Source: Octopus sinensis
Lineage: Eukaryota
DNA: 26,661 bases
Direction: 5' to 3'
Assembly (NCBI RefSeq): GCF_006345805.1
Contig: NW_021836413.1
Span: 1 to 26,661 of the forward strand
The notes beneath the pieces were generated by a model. It worked only from the letters and a program-made list of their open reading frames with translations, did no database searches and was not told the origin of the DNA. Below, in pieces: positions 11,224 through 22,585 of this stretch. How positions within the stretch are numbered: position 1 is the stretch's first letter; every line of letters begins with the position of its first letter. The position numbers and the translations under genes were made by a program.

Positions 11224-12274
11224 TATATATATATATATATATATATATAGGTGAGAGAAAAACAGAATGCCATGGGAAGATTGGTTTAGTAAGTGTTTCT
11301 GTTTGTAAATTGAGGCGAGGCCATTTTCTCTGATATCACATGATTGGGACCACAAGAATTCAATTTCCCAATGCAGAAATGCATACAAATAGATACACGT
11401 GCATGCACACAAACGTACGTACGTACGCACACACACACACACACACACATGCACACACACACACACACTCTCTCACACACACACACATGCACACACACAC
11501 ACTCTCTCACACACACACATGCATACACACACACTCTCTCTCTCTCTCACACACACACAAATCCATACATGTGCATATGCACTCATGCTTTTCCTTCTCG
11601 TTTCCTCCCACATAACTACGATCCCACGAGAATCAGTTTGCCAGTAGTGATGGCGGTTGAGGTTAGAATTGCTATTAACGAAATACGTCACTTAAAGTTA
11701 ATTGAATATAAAACAGAGGAGATAAAATATCTTCTCCCACCTTTAACACAAATATTAACGGTAGCCAATCTCATTTTATTGCTAATGGACAGACCGCAGC
11801 ACCAAAGCAACACTCTACGGAGCCTCGTTGTGAAATATTAAACGACAACAAACAGCAAAAATAGCCAGCCATATTGATTAAGAAAGTTACCAGTCCTAAT
11901 GGCGTTTGGAATAATATTATAGCAAGAAGAAAAGAAAATAAATGAAACAAAATCACTCGTCCAGAATTTATCTGTCATTAATGAAAGCAATATTGTGTAT
12001 GCTTTTGCGGATAACGCATTTGGCTGCAAGATGTTGCTGTCTTTTGTGTTGCGTCGGCGGAGTCAGATCGGTCGTTCATTAAATATTTGTCATATGTGTC
12101 ATGTGCAATAGTCAACTAAATTAACAACTTTATGCAGTAAAAGTGGTTTTAAAGAGTAAGCACTCCCGCAAGGAGTCGGCTATCAGTTTACCGTATAATT
12201 TAACTTGTCCACGCAAGCGAAAATCAAAGATATCCAAGTAGTAGATATTTTCACGAAGAGAAAATAATTCTTTC

Positions 12275-12479
12275 TTACATTTCGCACGAGACCAGCAATT
12301 TTTAGGGAAAGGGCAAATTGATTACATAGAACCACAACTTTTGACACGTACTTTATTTTAACGAGCCTGATTTGACGAAAGTCAATCTCAGCGGGTTTTG
12401 AATCCAGAATGTAAAGTCAGAAGAAATGCTGTTAAGCATTTTATCCGACAGGTTAACGATTCCTCTAGATTGCCGCCTT
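12275..12479 (-). mobile_element. Old Nin/Deu-like SINE
   Basis: Collinear but diverged match to 5771-6001 (GGCGGC head, AAATGC, TTGAA-CAGAA, GATTACAT). Confidence 0.7.
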
Positions 12480-12583
12480 CTCGGGGAGTAAATAATCATT
12501 AAAAAAAAATCAGGAGTTATGAGAGGGAAATACAGATTTATCATATTCAAATGATTTCTTTTGTTTATGATTTATTATATATA

Positions 12584-12985
12584 GGCGCAGGAGTGGCTGT
12601 GTGGTAAGTAGCTTGCCTACCAACCACATGGTTCTGGGTTCAGTCCCACTGCGTGGCATCTTGGGCAAGTGTCTTCTGCTATAGCCCCGGGCCGACCAAT
12701 GCCTTGTGAGTGGAATTGGTAGACGGAAACTGAAAGAAGCCTGTCGTATATATGTATATATATATATATGCGTGTGTGTGTTTGTGTGAGTGTGTTTGTC
12801 CCCCTAACATTGCTTGACAACCGATGCTGGTGTGTTTACGTCCCCGTCACTTGGCGGTTCGGCAAAAGAGACCGATAGAATAAGTACTGGGCTTACAAAA
12901 GAATAAGTCCTGGGGTCGATTTGTTCGACAAAAGGCGGTGCTCCAGCATGGCCGCAGTCAAATGACTGAAACAAGTAAAAGAGTA
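12584..12985 (+). mobile_element. SINE family 1, young full-length copy
   Basis: GGCGCAGGAGTGGCTGTGTGG head, GGTTCAGTCCC B-box-like, internal TA/TG tract, AAAAGAGTA tail. Confidence 0.95.
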
Positions 12986-13460
12986 TATATATATATCCAC
13001 TGGAAATGAATATTATTACTGTGTACGCAAACACCAAGGACCTTCTCACTTTCCCTTGATCCCTAAACTACCAACGCTCTATGAAGCAAAAATATTCCAT
13101 GAATTTTCTCCAGACTCTAATTAATTTCATTTTCAATTTTGATCAAATGTCACTCTTCGTAATGTATTTAATTAATAAATCACGGATTAAATCAACTAGA
13201 AAGTGTGAGAAATTTGTAATAGGAAAAAGTTGAATATCTGAATTCTATGCATCTTCTTCCTCGTATTCCTTAATTACAATTTCAAATGTCCACTCCAATT
13301 GTGAAGGGATGATTATCTCTGTTGTATCAACATCCATAGCCAGAGGGCATCACGCACATATACAATGAAGCTAAGCATGCATGTGTATATATGTGTATAT
13401 TCTGTATACATATGTGTATGTGTAAATATATGTCTCTCTCTCCCTCTCTCTGATTATTTG

Positions 13461-13519
<59 letters not shown>

Positions 13520-13522
13520 TTT

Positions 13523-13757
13523 GCACTCAGTCATTACGACGACAACGAGGGCTCCAGTTCATCCGATCTACAGAACAGCCTGCTTGTGAAATTAACGTGC
13601 AAGTGACTGAGCTTTCCATGCAGACGTGTACGCTTAACGTAGTTCTTGGGGAGATTCAGTGGGACACAGAGAGTGACAAGGCCGGCCCTTTGAAATACAG
13701 GTACAACAGAAACAGGAAGAAAGAGTGAGAGAAAGTTGTGGCGAAAGAGTATAGCAA
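13523..13757 (-). mobile_element. 5'-truncated SINE (centre A + tail X)
   Basis: Collinear with 16224-16455. Confidence 0.9.
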
Positions 13758-13865
13758 CACCAATGGAAGTAGTGCGCAGACCACAAGGGGAACTGAGTTG
13801 GAACCAACCTCATTTGATCACATTCCATGAGAGTATCCTGGTCAGACTATGAACATTTCAGCTGA

Positions 13866-13866
<1 letters not shown>
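13758..13866 (+). mobile_element. Mariner-like transposon 3' end relic
   Basis: HQWK*CADHKGN*V resembles the mariner C-terminus (RWxKCVxxxGDYVEK), followed by a short TIR-like ATGAACATTTCAGCTGA and a TA tract. Confidence 0.55.
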
Positions 13867-13901
<35 letters not shown>

Positions 13902-14151
13902 TGTATGTATGTATGTATGTATGTATGTATGTATGTATGTGTGTATGTATGTATACAAAGAAAGATAGATAGACAGACCGATAGATAGATTTCATTAGAT
14001 ATTTGCTTTTTGGTGTTATATAAGTGTATTGTGTACTAAGTATTTACCTAATCAACATTAATCGATTGTAAACCAGTTGTAACAATGTATTCAGATGTTT
14101 AAACAATACATACACACAGACATAAATGTGTGTATAAATTTATGTATATGC

Positions 14152-14182
<31 letters not shown>

Positions 14183-14403
14183 CAATCTGTCTATACATGT
14201 ATATATATATAAACACACATAAATATGTAAGTATGTATATATACATATACATTCACACATACACACATACACACACACACACACGTATGATATATATATA
14301 TATATATATATATATTTGTAAGTGCGATAAGTACAAGCCTCAACATGCCACTTTTATCTGTCCACTCAATTGCTCTGTGTTAAGACACAACTGTAATTTC
14401 CAA

Positions 14404-14448
<45 letters not shown>

Positions 14449-14457
14449 ATGATAATG

Positions 14458-14498
<41 letters not shown>

Positions 14499-14528
14499 TA
14501 TTATAATAATAATAATAATAATTATAAT
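14404..14528. repeat. (ATG)n-(ATA)n microsatellite
   Basis: Direct reading. Confidence 0.97.
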
Positions 14529-14745
14529 CGTTTCTGAGTTGAAGATCAATTAAAACTTATTTGACCACATAAATTACATGACATGTTAAACATTATTTTA
14601 TGTTATTAATTACGTATATATGCCGACACATTTACAAAAACACACAAACGCCCACACACATGCGCACACATACATGCACACATGCACTCACACACACTCA
14701 CACATACACACTCAAACACGTACACATATATACATATATGTAGAT

Positions 14746-14920
14746 AAGGGCTTGTGGTGTGGTGTCCAGGGTGCTGCATTTATCGATCGCAAGATCTTCG
14801 TTTCGATCTTTGTTCGAGCGGTGCGACATATTCTTGAGCAAGACACATAAATTTCCTGTGGTCCAGTCTATTCGGGTGTGAATGCGACACCCTGTCACTG
14901 ACTGGCATCCCATTCAGGGC
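14746..14920 (+). mobile_element. Old SINE, head B + start of tail Y
   Basis: GTTTCGAT B-box relic, TTCTTGAGCAAGACAC core, TCCAGTCTATTC, then CCCTG...GACTGGCATCCCATTCAGG (V/Meta-domain-like). Confidence 0.65.
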
Positions 14921-15090
14921 AGATATTTTGATATCGGTCATTTATATACCATGGAGAAAAAGTAACTGTCCCTATGATTTCTAGAAATCGAGACAATAAT
15001 ATTATATATATATATAATATACGTTCGTATATGTAAGTATAAAGTGTGTTCTGTATATATATATTTGTATTTATGTGCCTATCTGATATA

Positions 15091-15147
15091 TTCAACTGAT
15101 GAAGGTAGGGCTTATTTGAAGCAAAGCTAGAAATCCAGGATCTTGAA
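15091..15147 (+). ncRNA. Type I hammerhead ribozyme fold (family H2)
   Basis: TTCAA-CTGATGA-[27 nt]-GAAA-TCC A GGA-TC-TTGAA; AUC site after 15142; base of helix II imperfect. Confidence 0.7.
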
Positions 15148-15718
15148 TTATCCAGTAATATCTTTTTGCTAGTTTATTTTGTCCCTCTGTCTTATCTCAT
15201 GGTGCGATATGAACATTTGAGGTGGTTTTTAGAGTCAGGGATTTGACTGCTATTTCGGCATAGTGGTGTCTCTCAGACACCCTTATTTATAGTTCAATTG
15301 TTTGTTTGTTTCCCACCTGCCTTCGTCTTTTGTCTATTTTCATAAAGCTTCCCGTTATATATATATAAAACTAATCAGTGATCTGATTAGTTAGAGAGAG
15401 CAAATTATTAGACGCACATGTTTCTAGTGAGGTGCGATTTCACAATAACAGGGCTCTTACCGATGAATTCTCCCTGAGTAATTAAATTATTTTTATTACT
15501 GAAAAGAACGAAACTACAGTCTAAGAGGAACCGAGTTAGTAAACGTTTTTATTTTCATTTCACTAAATTTATCAAGCTTCTGTGTTTCTAGTACATACTT
15601 CGCCTTTTAATGTACTTATATATGAATAATATATGGCTTGTGCTAGAAACACCAGCGATAATAATTAATTTTATTTTATCGCATTTTGAATTTGTTTATA
15701 TATATATATATATATGTA

Positions 15719-16078
15719 CAGACATGAAAAAAGTAAATAGATACCCTTAGAATCATTTAAATTTATTTAAATCTCAAATTATACATTCAAATTATTCATT
15801 AATTATTATAATGTGAATATTTAACATTTAGTAGAATGCCCCTTGCACTTTTCAATGCAAGGAGCTTATCCGGCATGTTAATGATCAGATGACGAATATT
15901 CTCATGGGGAATTTCTTGCCAAGTTTCATGCAGTAATCTCAAAAGATCTGGCTTTGAAGATGCTTTCTTGTTATGCCCCAGAGATCTCCAATAGGGTTCA
16001 TATTTGGTGACTGGCTTTGTCATGGAAGCTTTTCGATGTCATTCCCATCCAACAAATCTTGGGTCATTTCAACCGTGA
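15719..16078 (-). mobile_element. 3' fragment of the same Tc1 family, with right TIR
   Basis: Reverse complement of ~10870-11223; ETWQEIPHENIRHLIINMPDKLLALKSARG; TA-CAGACATGAAAAAAGTAAATAGATACCC end. Confidence 0.92.
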
Positions 16079-16214
16079 TTTATAGTTCCATATAATCCAT
16101 TTAGTTGTATTTTAGGTGTCCTCGTAGTTGCAGACAGCACCATTTCGCCCTTATTAAGGGCTCTTCTGTACAACATAACTTGAAATCATGAAATTAGTTG
16201 GTCTATATTAATTT

Positions 16215-16597
16215 CTTCTTGAAGCACTCCGTCGGTTACGACGATGAGGGTTCCGGTTGATCCGAATCAACGGAACAGCCTGCTCGTGAAATTAACGTAA
16301 GTGGCTGAGCACTCCACAGATACGTGCACCCCTAACGTATTCTCGGGGATATTCAGCGTGACACAGAGAGTGACAAGGCGGCCCCTTGAAATACGGTACA
16401 ACGAAACAGGAAGTAAGAGTGAGAGAAAGTTGTGTGGTGAAAGAGTACAGCAGCAGGGATCACCACCATCCCCTGCCGGAGCTTCGTGGAGCTTTTAGGT
16501 GTTTTCGCTCAATAAACACTCACAACGCCCGGTCTGGGAATCGAAACCGCGATCCTATGACCGCGAGTCCTAACCACTGGGCCATTGCGCCTCCACA
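16215..16597 (-). mobile_element. Full-length tRNA-derived SINE, head/centre A + tail X, 10-bp TSD
   Basis: A box TGGCCCAGTGG, B box GGTTTCGATTCCC; TSD ATATTAATTT at 16205-16214 and 16598-16607. Confidence 0.93.
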
Positions 16598-16752
16598 ATA
16601 TTAATTTATACCTTTACGAATTATATATGAGCGATTATCTGTTCTTCGTTTTTCTTACTCTCTTAACAGTGGAGAAAAGATTGAAGAGATAGAGGCCAGA
16701 AAATGTAAGCATCATAGTCTTTCAAAGTTGAAATCAATATCATACTTAAGTA

Positions 16753-16962
16753 TACTCTTACTCTTTTACTCTTTTACTTGTTTCAGTCATTTGACTGCGG
16801 CCATGCTGGAGCACCGCCTTTTAATCAAGCAAATCGACCCCGGGACTTATTCTTTGTAAGCCCAGTACTTATTCTATCGGTCTCTTTTGCCGAACCGCTA
16901 AGTGACGGGGACGTAAACACACCAGCATCGGTGGTCAAGCAATGCTAGGGGGACAAACACAA

Positions 16963-16995
<33 letters not shown>

Positions 16996-17158
16996 CATAT
17001 ATACGACAGGCTTCTTTCAGTTTCCGTCTACCAATTCCACTCACAAGGCATTGGTCGGCCCGGGGCTATAGCAGAAGACACTTGCCCAAGATGCCACGCA
17101 GTGGGACTGAACCCGGAACCATGTGGTTGGTTAGCAAGCTACTTACCACACAGCCACT
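16753..17158 (-). mobile_element. SINE family 1, young copy inverted relative to 12584
   Basis: Reverse complement differs from 12592-12985 at only a few positions outside the internal microsatellite. Confidence 0.95.
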
Positions 17159-17696
17159 TTTTTTATTTTCTTTACTTTTTAACAGTAGAGGAAAGACGAA
17201 GAGGGGAAAGAGAATCAGTGATAGGAAGAGGGGAAAGTCGCTTGTGTGTTTGTTTTTTAATTTGCGAGTTCTAGAATTGCTATTTCTCTCATTTTTTTTC
17301 CCTCCAGTATTTATATTTATTGCTTGTTTCAATTATTGGATCGTAGGACACCGTCTCGAAGAATTTAAGTCCTAAACATTGATGCCAGTGCTTACTTTTT
17401 ATGTCTGGAATTTTTTCTCTCGACCTATTTGTATATGTACCTGAATCTTTTGACACACCATACGTCAAAATCTGTGACCCGTTTTTGAAATTTATAAGGA
17501 ATATATATATATATAGGATATACTTCTTTCAAATTGAAAGTATTATCTCACATTACAATAGAGACGTAATACTGAAATGGTGTAAGAGATGAGAAATTGC
17601 TCTGGGCTCGCATGAGGCAAAAAGTTGGAAATTTCTTTTGGCCTATGACACTGCATGGACCTTGGCTTTTGTATTTGACGCCAGTTGCTTTAAGTA

Positions 17697-17811
<115 letters not shown>

Positions 17812-17831
17812 AGTGCTTCTATGTATGTATA

Positions 17832-18488
17832 GAGGGTGTTAGGACTAATGTTAACAGTTTCCATAAAATGAAATCACAATATCCCATCCAAAAATAAAAA
17901 TATTTAGGAAAATCAAAAGATAACGGTTTGCTCAAAGTAGCTGCCCTTGGCTTCTTCCACGGCCTCGAGATGGCACCGGTAACTAGTGCATGCATTCCTC
18001 ACAGTTTGGGGAATGAATGCGCCAGGTTCTAGAGCCACCTTGAAGCGATGGGAAAATCTTCAAACACCTCCTTGATCTTGGCCACCAGCTCAGCCTTGGT
18101 GTTGCAGGCAGAACGGTTGGTGTCTTTCACAGTCGCACCCCGCACATAGTAATCCATCGAATTAGGCTAGAAATTAAGGCTAAAGTCGTAGAAATTCTCC
18201 GACAACCATTTCTGACTTTTTCCGGAAGTATGGAGAGAAGCCAAACCTTACCGCTGCACATATGACCTTCTAGCAGCGACCCTTTACTGCCAGGATTTAA
18301 CGACAATCTCCAGCCGTTACACATAAACACCTTAATTGAGCCTTAGGTCCTGTTCATCACTTGTTGGAATGAATTCCGGCGTGCGGAAGCAGTCAAAACG
18401 TCTGCTGTGTCTCTTCCTGTTGATCAGTGTTTCGTTGTTACCGTTGCAGCTGCCCATGTCAAATCTTACAGCCTTTACAGCCTTTACA
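17832..18488 (-). mobile_element. maT (DD37D)-like transposon relic with internal deletion
   Basis: Minus-strand translation: ...RHSRRFDCFRTPEFI / EQDLRLN...HTSGKSQKWLSENFYDF...NSMDYYVRG...TKAELVAKIKEVFEDFP / TVRNACTSYRCHLEAVEEAKGSYFE; TA-GAGGGTGT terminus resembles CAGGGTG. Confidence 0.85.
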
Positions 18489-18972
18489 TGCATACATACA
18501 TACATACATACATACATACATGCATACATGCATACATACATACATACATTCATACATACATACATACATGCATACATACATACATACATTCATGCATACA
18601 TACATACATTCATACATACATACATACATACATACATACATACATACATACATACATACACATACATGCATACATGCATACATACATGCATACATACGTA
18701 CATACATACATACATACATACATACACACATACATGCATACATGCATACATACATACATACATACATACATACATACATACATACATACATACATACATG
18801 CATACATACATACATACATACATACATACATACATACATACATACATGCATACATACATACATACATACCATGACTACATACATACATACATACATACAT
18901 GCATACATACATACATACATACATACATACATACATACATACATACATACATACGTATAAACATGCCTGTGT

Positions 18973-19017
<45 letters not shown>

Positions 19018-19030
19018 CGTGCGTGTGTGT
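18489..19030. repeat. (CATA)n array followed by (TG)n
   Basis: Direct reading; source of the HTYI and MYVC ORFs. Confidence 0.98.
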
Positions 19031-19242
19031 TTGTGTATCTTTATGTTTGTCCCTCACGACCGCTTCATAACTGGTATTGGTTTGTTCACCTCCTCGTAAC
19101 TTAGTAGTTCGTTGAAAAAAATACCGATTGAATAAGTACAATGCTTAAAAGATAAGTACTAGGGTCGATTCATTTGACTAAAATTTCTTAAAGCAGTGCC
19201 CCAGATTGGCTGCAGTCCAATGATTGAAACGTGTAAAGGAAA
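19025..19242 (+). mobile_element. 3' half of SINE family 1, diverged
   Basis: TTTGTCCC...AATAAGTAC...GGGTCGATT...GCAGTCCAATGATTGAAAC, collinear with 12795-12980. Confidence 0.85.
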
Positions 19243-19321
19243 ATATACAAAACATATATTTACATACATACATACATACATACATATATACTTACATGCA
19301 TACATACATACATATATATAT

Positions 19322-19352
<31 letters not shown>

Positions 19353-19396
19353 CATACATACATAATACATACGTACATACATAATACATACATACA

Positions 19397-19430
<34 letters not shown>

Positions 19431-20188
19431 CATACATACATATAAATCCTTAAAATCCTTTAAAATGTTTCAGCCCGAAGGCTGCGGCCATATATAATAT
19501 ATATTTTCCCTGGTGAAGGCCGGTTTATGGGGTTACCCTGAGTTTCCCGTCCATAAATGGTTAACTTTATGGATTTTAAAGAGGTCATAGGCCAACAGGT
19601 CTTGGGGTCTGAAAAAATATATAGACTGCTCTATTCCTTAGAGTGTGTTTCTCCGGATTTATGGTTTTCTAAAAACGACTCACACACACACACACACACA
19701 AACACACAAACACAAATATATACATACACACACAAGCACAATTATGTGTGTGTACGCGCTCTCATGCGTATGTGTGTGTGTGTATTTCACTCGTTTCATT
19801 TCAAGGTTTTTTTGGTCAGGTTATACGATCATCGCTACTCCGTCTGGTTATACAAAATGGAGGCTCAGTTCGTTCGTTGCATATGTCGAAGGTTGAGGTT
19901 GTGGAGGTGGTTGCTGTTTTCATTGTGTTAGTAACCGTTGTTGTTGTTGTTGTTAGAGTCATGCTGGTTTCTACTGCTGTATGAGTGTGTGTGTGTGTGT
20001 GTTTTTTTTCTATTTCCTCTCTTTTTTTTTTTTTACTTTTTGCTGCCATTGCTATTGTTTTCGCTGCTGCCTTTGTTGTTATTGTTGTTGGTACCGTTGT
20101 TGTCGTTATTGCTGATGTATTAAGAAGCAACAGCCGGTCATAAACACTAAAAAACAAAAATAAAAAAATCCCACCAGACATATACGTC

Positions 20189-20242
<54 letters not shown>

Positions 20243-20524
20243 CGTGCGCATGTGTATCTTCGCGCGAGCGCGTGTTTGTGACGCAACATCTGCCACTCAA
20301 TACTCTTGTTATTATTGTAGTTGTTTCTGCTCATCTCTTCACTGCTTCGCTGGTGTTGTCGATGGTCGTCGTAGTCGTAGCATTCTTGGTAGCGTATATA
20401 TATATATATATATATAGGTTATCCTATATACATATGTGTGTGTGTGTGTCCGTATGCGTGAGTGTGTGTGTATGTGTGTTTGTGCGTATATATACACACG
20501 TAAATTTTGTATTATATTGTTTAC

Positions 20525-20556
<32 letters not shown>

Positions 20557-20647
20557 GTATATATATATATATATACACATACATGTATGTATATATATAT
20601 ATATATACACATACATGTATGTATATATATATATATATAAGTGTATA

Positions 20648-20683
<36 letters not shown>

Positions 20684-21101
20684 TGTATGTATGTATGTAT
20701 GTATGTTTGTATGTATGTATGTTTGTGTGTATGTTTGAATGTATGTATAGAGAGACGATAAGAAAATGGAGGAAAAACAACAAATAGAAGTGTGTCTGTG
20801 TTGTTAAAAAGCCATTATGTAATTAATTAAGCAGGGTGAGAGTAAGAGTGAGTCTACAGCTGTATCTGTGCCCCATAGTTGAGGTAAATATGTATTTACC
20901 TCGTTGCAAATGGTAGACGTCATCAGAACGAAGATGGCAGAGATAGACAAAGAGGAGAATAGAGTGAAATATGTATGTAATTATACTATATATACACACA
21001 TACATACATATAATACCACACATACATACATATAATATATATATATATATAATATATATATATATATATCTATATATATATATATGTACGTATATTTTTC
21101 C

Positions 21102-21137
<36 letters not shown>

Positions 21138-21146
21138 ATAAATATG

Positions 21147-21444
21147 CTGTTGTTCCTTCCGAGTCATGTCGGCTCATAAGGGCCGGTTTCCTGGTTTCAG
21201 TGGCGTATAGGTTTCCCACCTGAATGGGACACCGGTCTAGAAGCAAGCTGCTAGAAGCAAGTGGAAAGAGTGAGAGAAAGTTGTGGCGAAAGAGTTAGCA
21301 GAAGTTCACCATTACCATCTGCCGGAGCCGCGTGGAGCTTAGGTGTTTCACTCATAAACACACATATCGCCCGGTCTGAGAATCGGACACGCGATCCCTC
21401 GATCGGGAGTCCGCTGCTCTTACTACTAGGCCATGTGCCTCTAC
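21147..21444 (-). mobile_element. tRNA-derived SINE, head/centre A + tail Y
   Basis: 5' part collinear with 16597-16410; 3' part GACCGGTGTCCCATTCAGGTGGGAAACC...CCGGCCCTTATGAGCCGACATGACTCGG is unrelated to tail X. Confidence 0.88.
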
Positions 21445-22330
21445 TATGTATCAATACGTACGTATATTTATACATCCTGATGAGACCCATGAATATTTCA
21501 CGGAATGAATGGTTAACCTATTGGGTTATTTCTGAAAACTTTATCCAACAAACATGAAAGCGTAGCCTGTGTTGTGTCTGTATGGAAAGATAGTCACTCA
21601 TCTGTTACTCAATGAAAGGCAAAAGAAATTGGAATACAGTGATTACTTAATGCACTTTATATATAAACTTTATATACTTTATGCACAATTTTATAGACTT
21701 AATACATAACACTCATAAAAGAATTATTCTCTCGTATTTTTCTGTTTTCCCATAAGCAAAAAAGAATATGCAGTACGTATGATATAACCTTTAGTTAAAT
21801 TGCATATATCTGTCATGTAAATAAGCCTGAGTACTTCACAGAATCGCACTGATGCACATTCGTTAAGTGATAGGTGATATAAAAAACTTAGCTCAATTAA
21901 AAAACAAAACACTTTTCCCTATCCAATCACCACCACCACCACCATCGTCTCTCTCTCCTCCTCTCTCTTTCTCTGCTTTTCTTCAACCTCACCATCAGAA
22001 CATCACCCCTCTGCTAAAATAATATTTTAAACCTTCCTCTTCTATACCTTCAACTGACTTTTTAAACCACGTAATAAATATTACGTTCCCCCTGCCTCAC
22101 GTACGTCAAGAACGCTTCTCCCTCCTCTTTTTCTCTCTCCGTCCTTTTCTCTCGCTCTTTCTTTATCCCCTTTCTGTCTCACTTTTCACCTTATCCTCTT
22201 TCATCTCTTCTTTTAATTTTCCTCTTTTTCCTTTCAACTGATCACGTGAAAGAGTTATCGATGGGCAAAGTAATGAAATGACAAGCAGACTTATTATAAG
22301 ATACCTGTGTACTTATGCCATATATAGTCC

Positions 22331-22439
22331 AGCAAATCGACCCCAGGACTTATTCTTTGTAAGCCTAGTACTTATTCTATCGGTCACTTTTGCCGAACCA
22401 CTAAGTTACGGGGACATAAACACACCAGCATCGGTTGTC
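22331..22439 (-). mobile_element. Internal fragment of SINE family 1
   Basis: Matches 16828-16936; breaks at the palindrome at 22437. Confidence 0.9.
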
Positions 22440-22468
22440 CTTCTCTCAATGTACATTGAGAGAAGGAC
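22437..22468. repeat. Perfect 32-bp palindrome
   Basis: GTCCTTCTCTCAATGT|ACATTGAGAGAAGGAC. Confidence 0.95.
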
Positions 22469-22585
22469 GAGATGGACGCTTCATTTTTGTGCTGCTGCCG
22501 CATTATGTCGTATTCGAATGAGAGGATTTGCATCCCCAACGTAGAATTTTTGATGTAATACATGTCCTTGGGGTAGTAATTGTGC

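Noticed and set aside
11570-11841. Non-repetitive C-terminal part of the 165-aa ORF
   Set aside because: No recognisable domain or clear splice sites; the 5' part is (CA)n.
12025-12040. GCAAGATGTTG resembling miR-31
   Set aside because: Seed and 3' half mismatch, and no precursor hairpin is evident.
14966-14996. TGTC-CCTATGA...GAAA-TCGA-GACA with palindrome GATTTCTAGAAATC
   Set aside because: Core has two mismatches, with no helix II and no UH site.
16520-16597. tRNA gene (A and B boxes)
   Set aside because: It continues into the SINE body with a TSD and lacks a complete cloverleaf; the same applies to the other SINE heads.
19820-19891. Possible exon after TTTTTTTGGTCAG
   Set aside because: Weak donor (GTTGAG), open in all three frames, and no recognisable peptide.
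20878-20929. Minus-strand GTT-CTGATGA...GA-GGTAAATA/TATTTACC-TC-AAC and the 10-bp hairpin at 20881-20902
   Set aside because: The hairpin is real, but GAAA is reduced to GA and helices I and II are only 2-3 bp; not supportable as a ribozyme without homologues.
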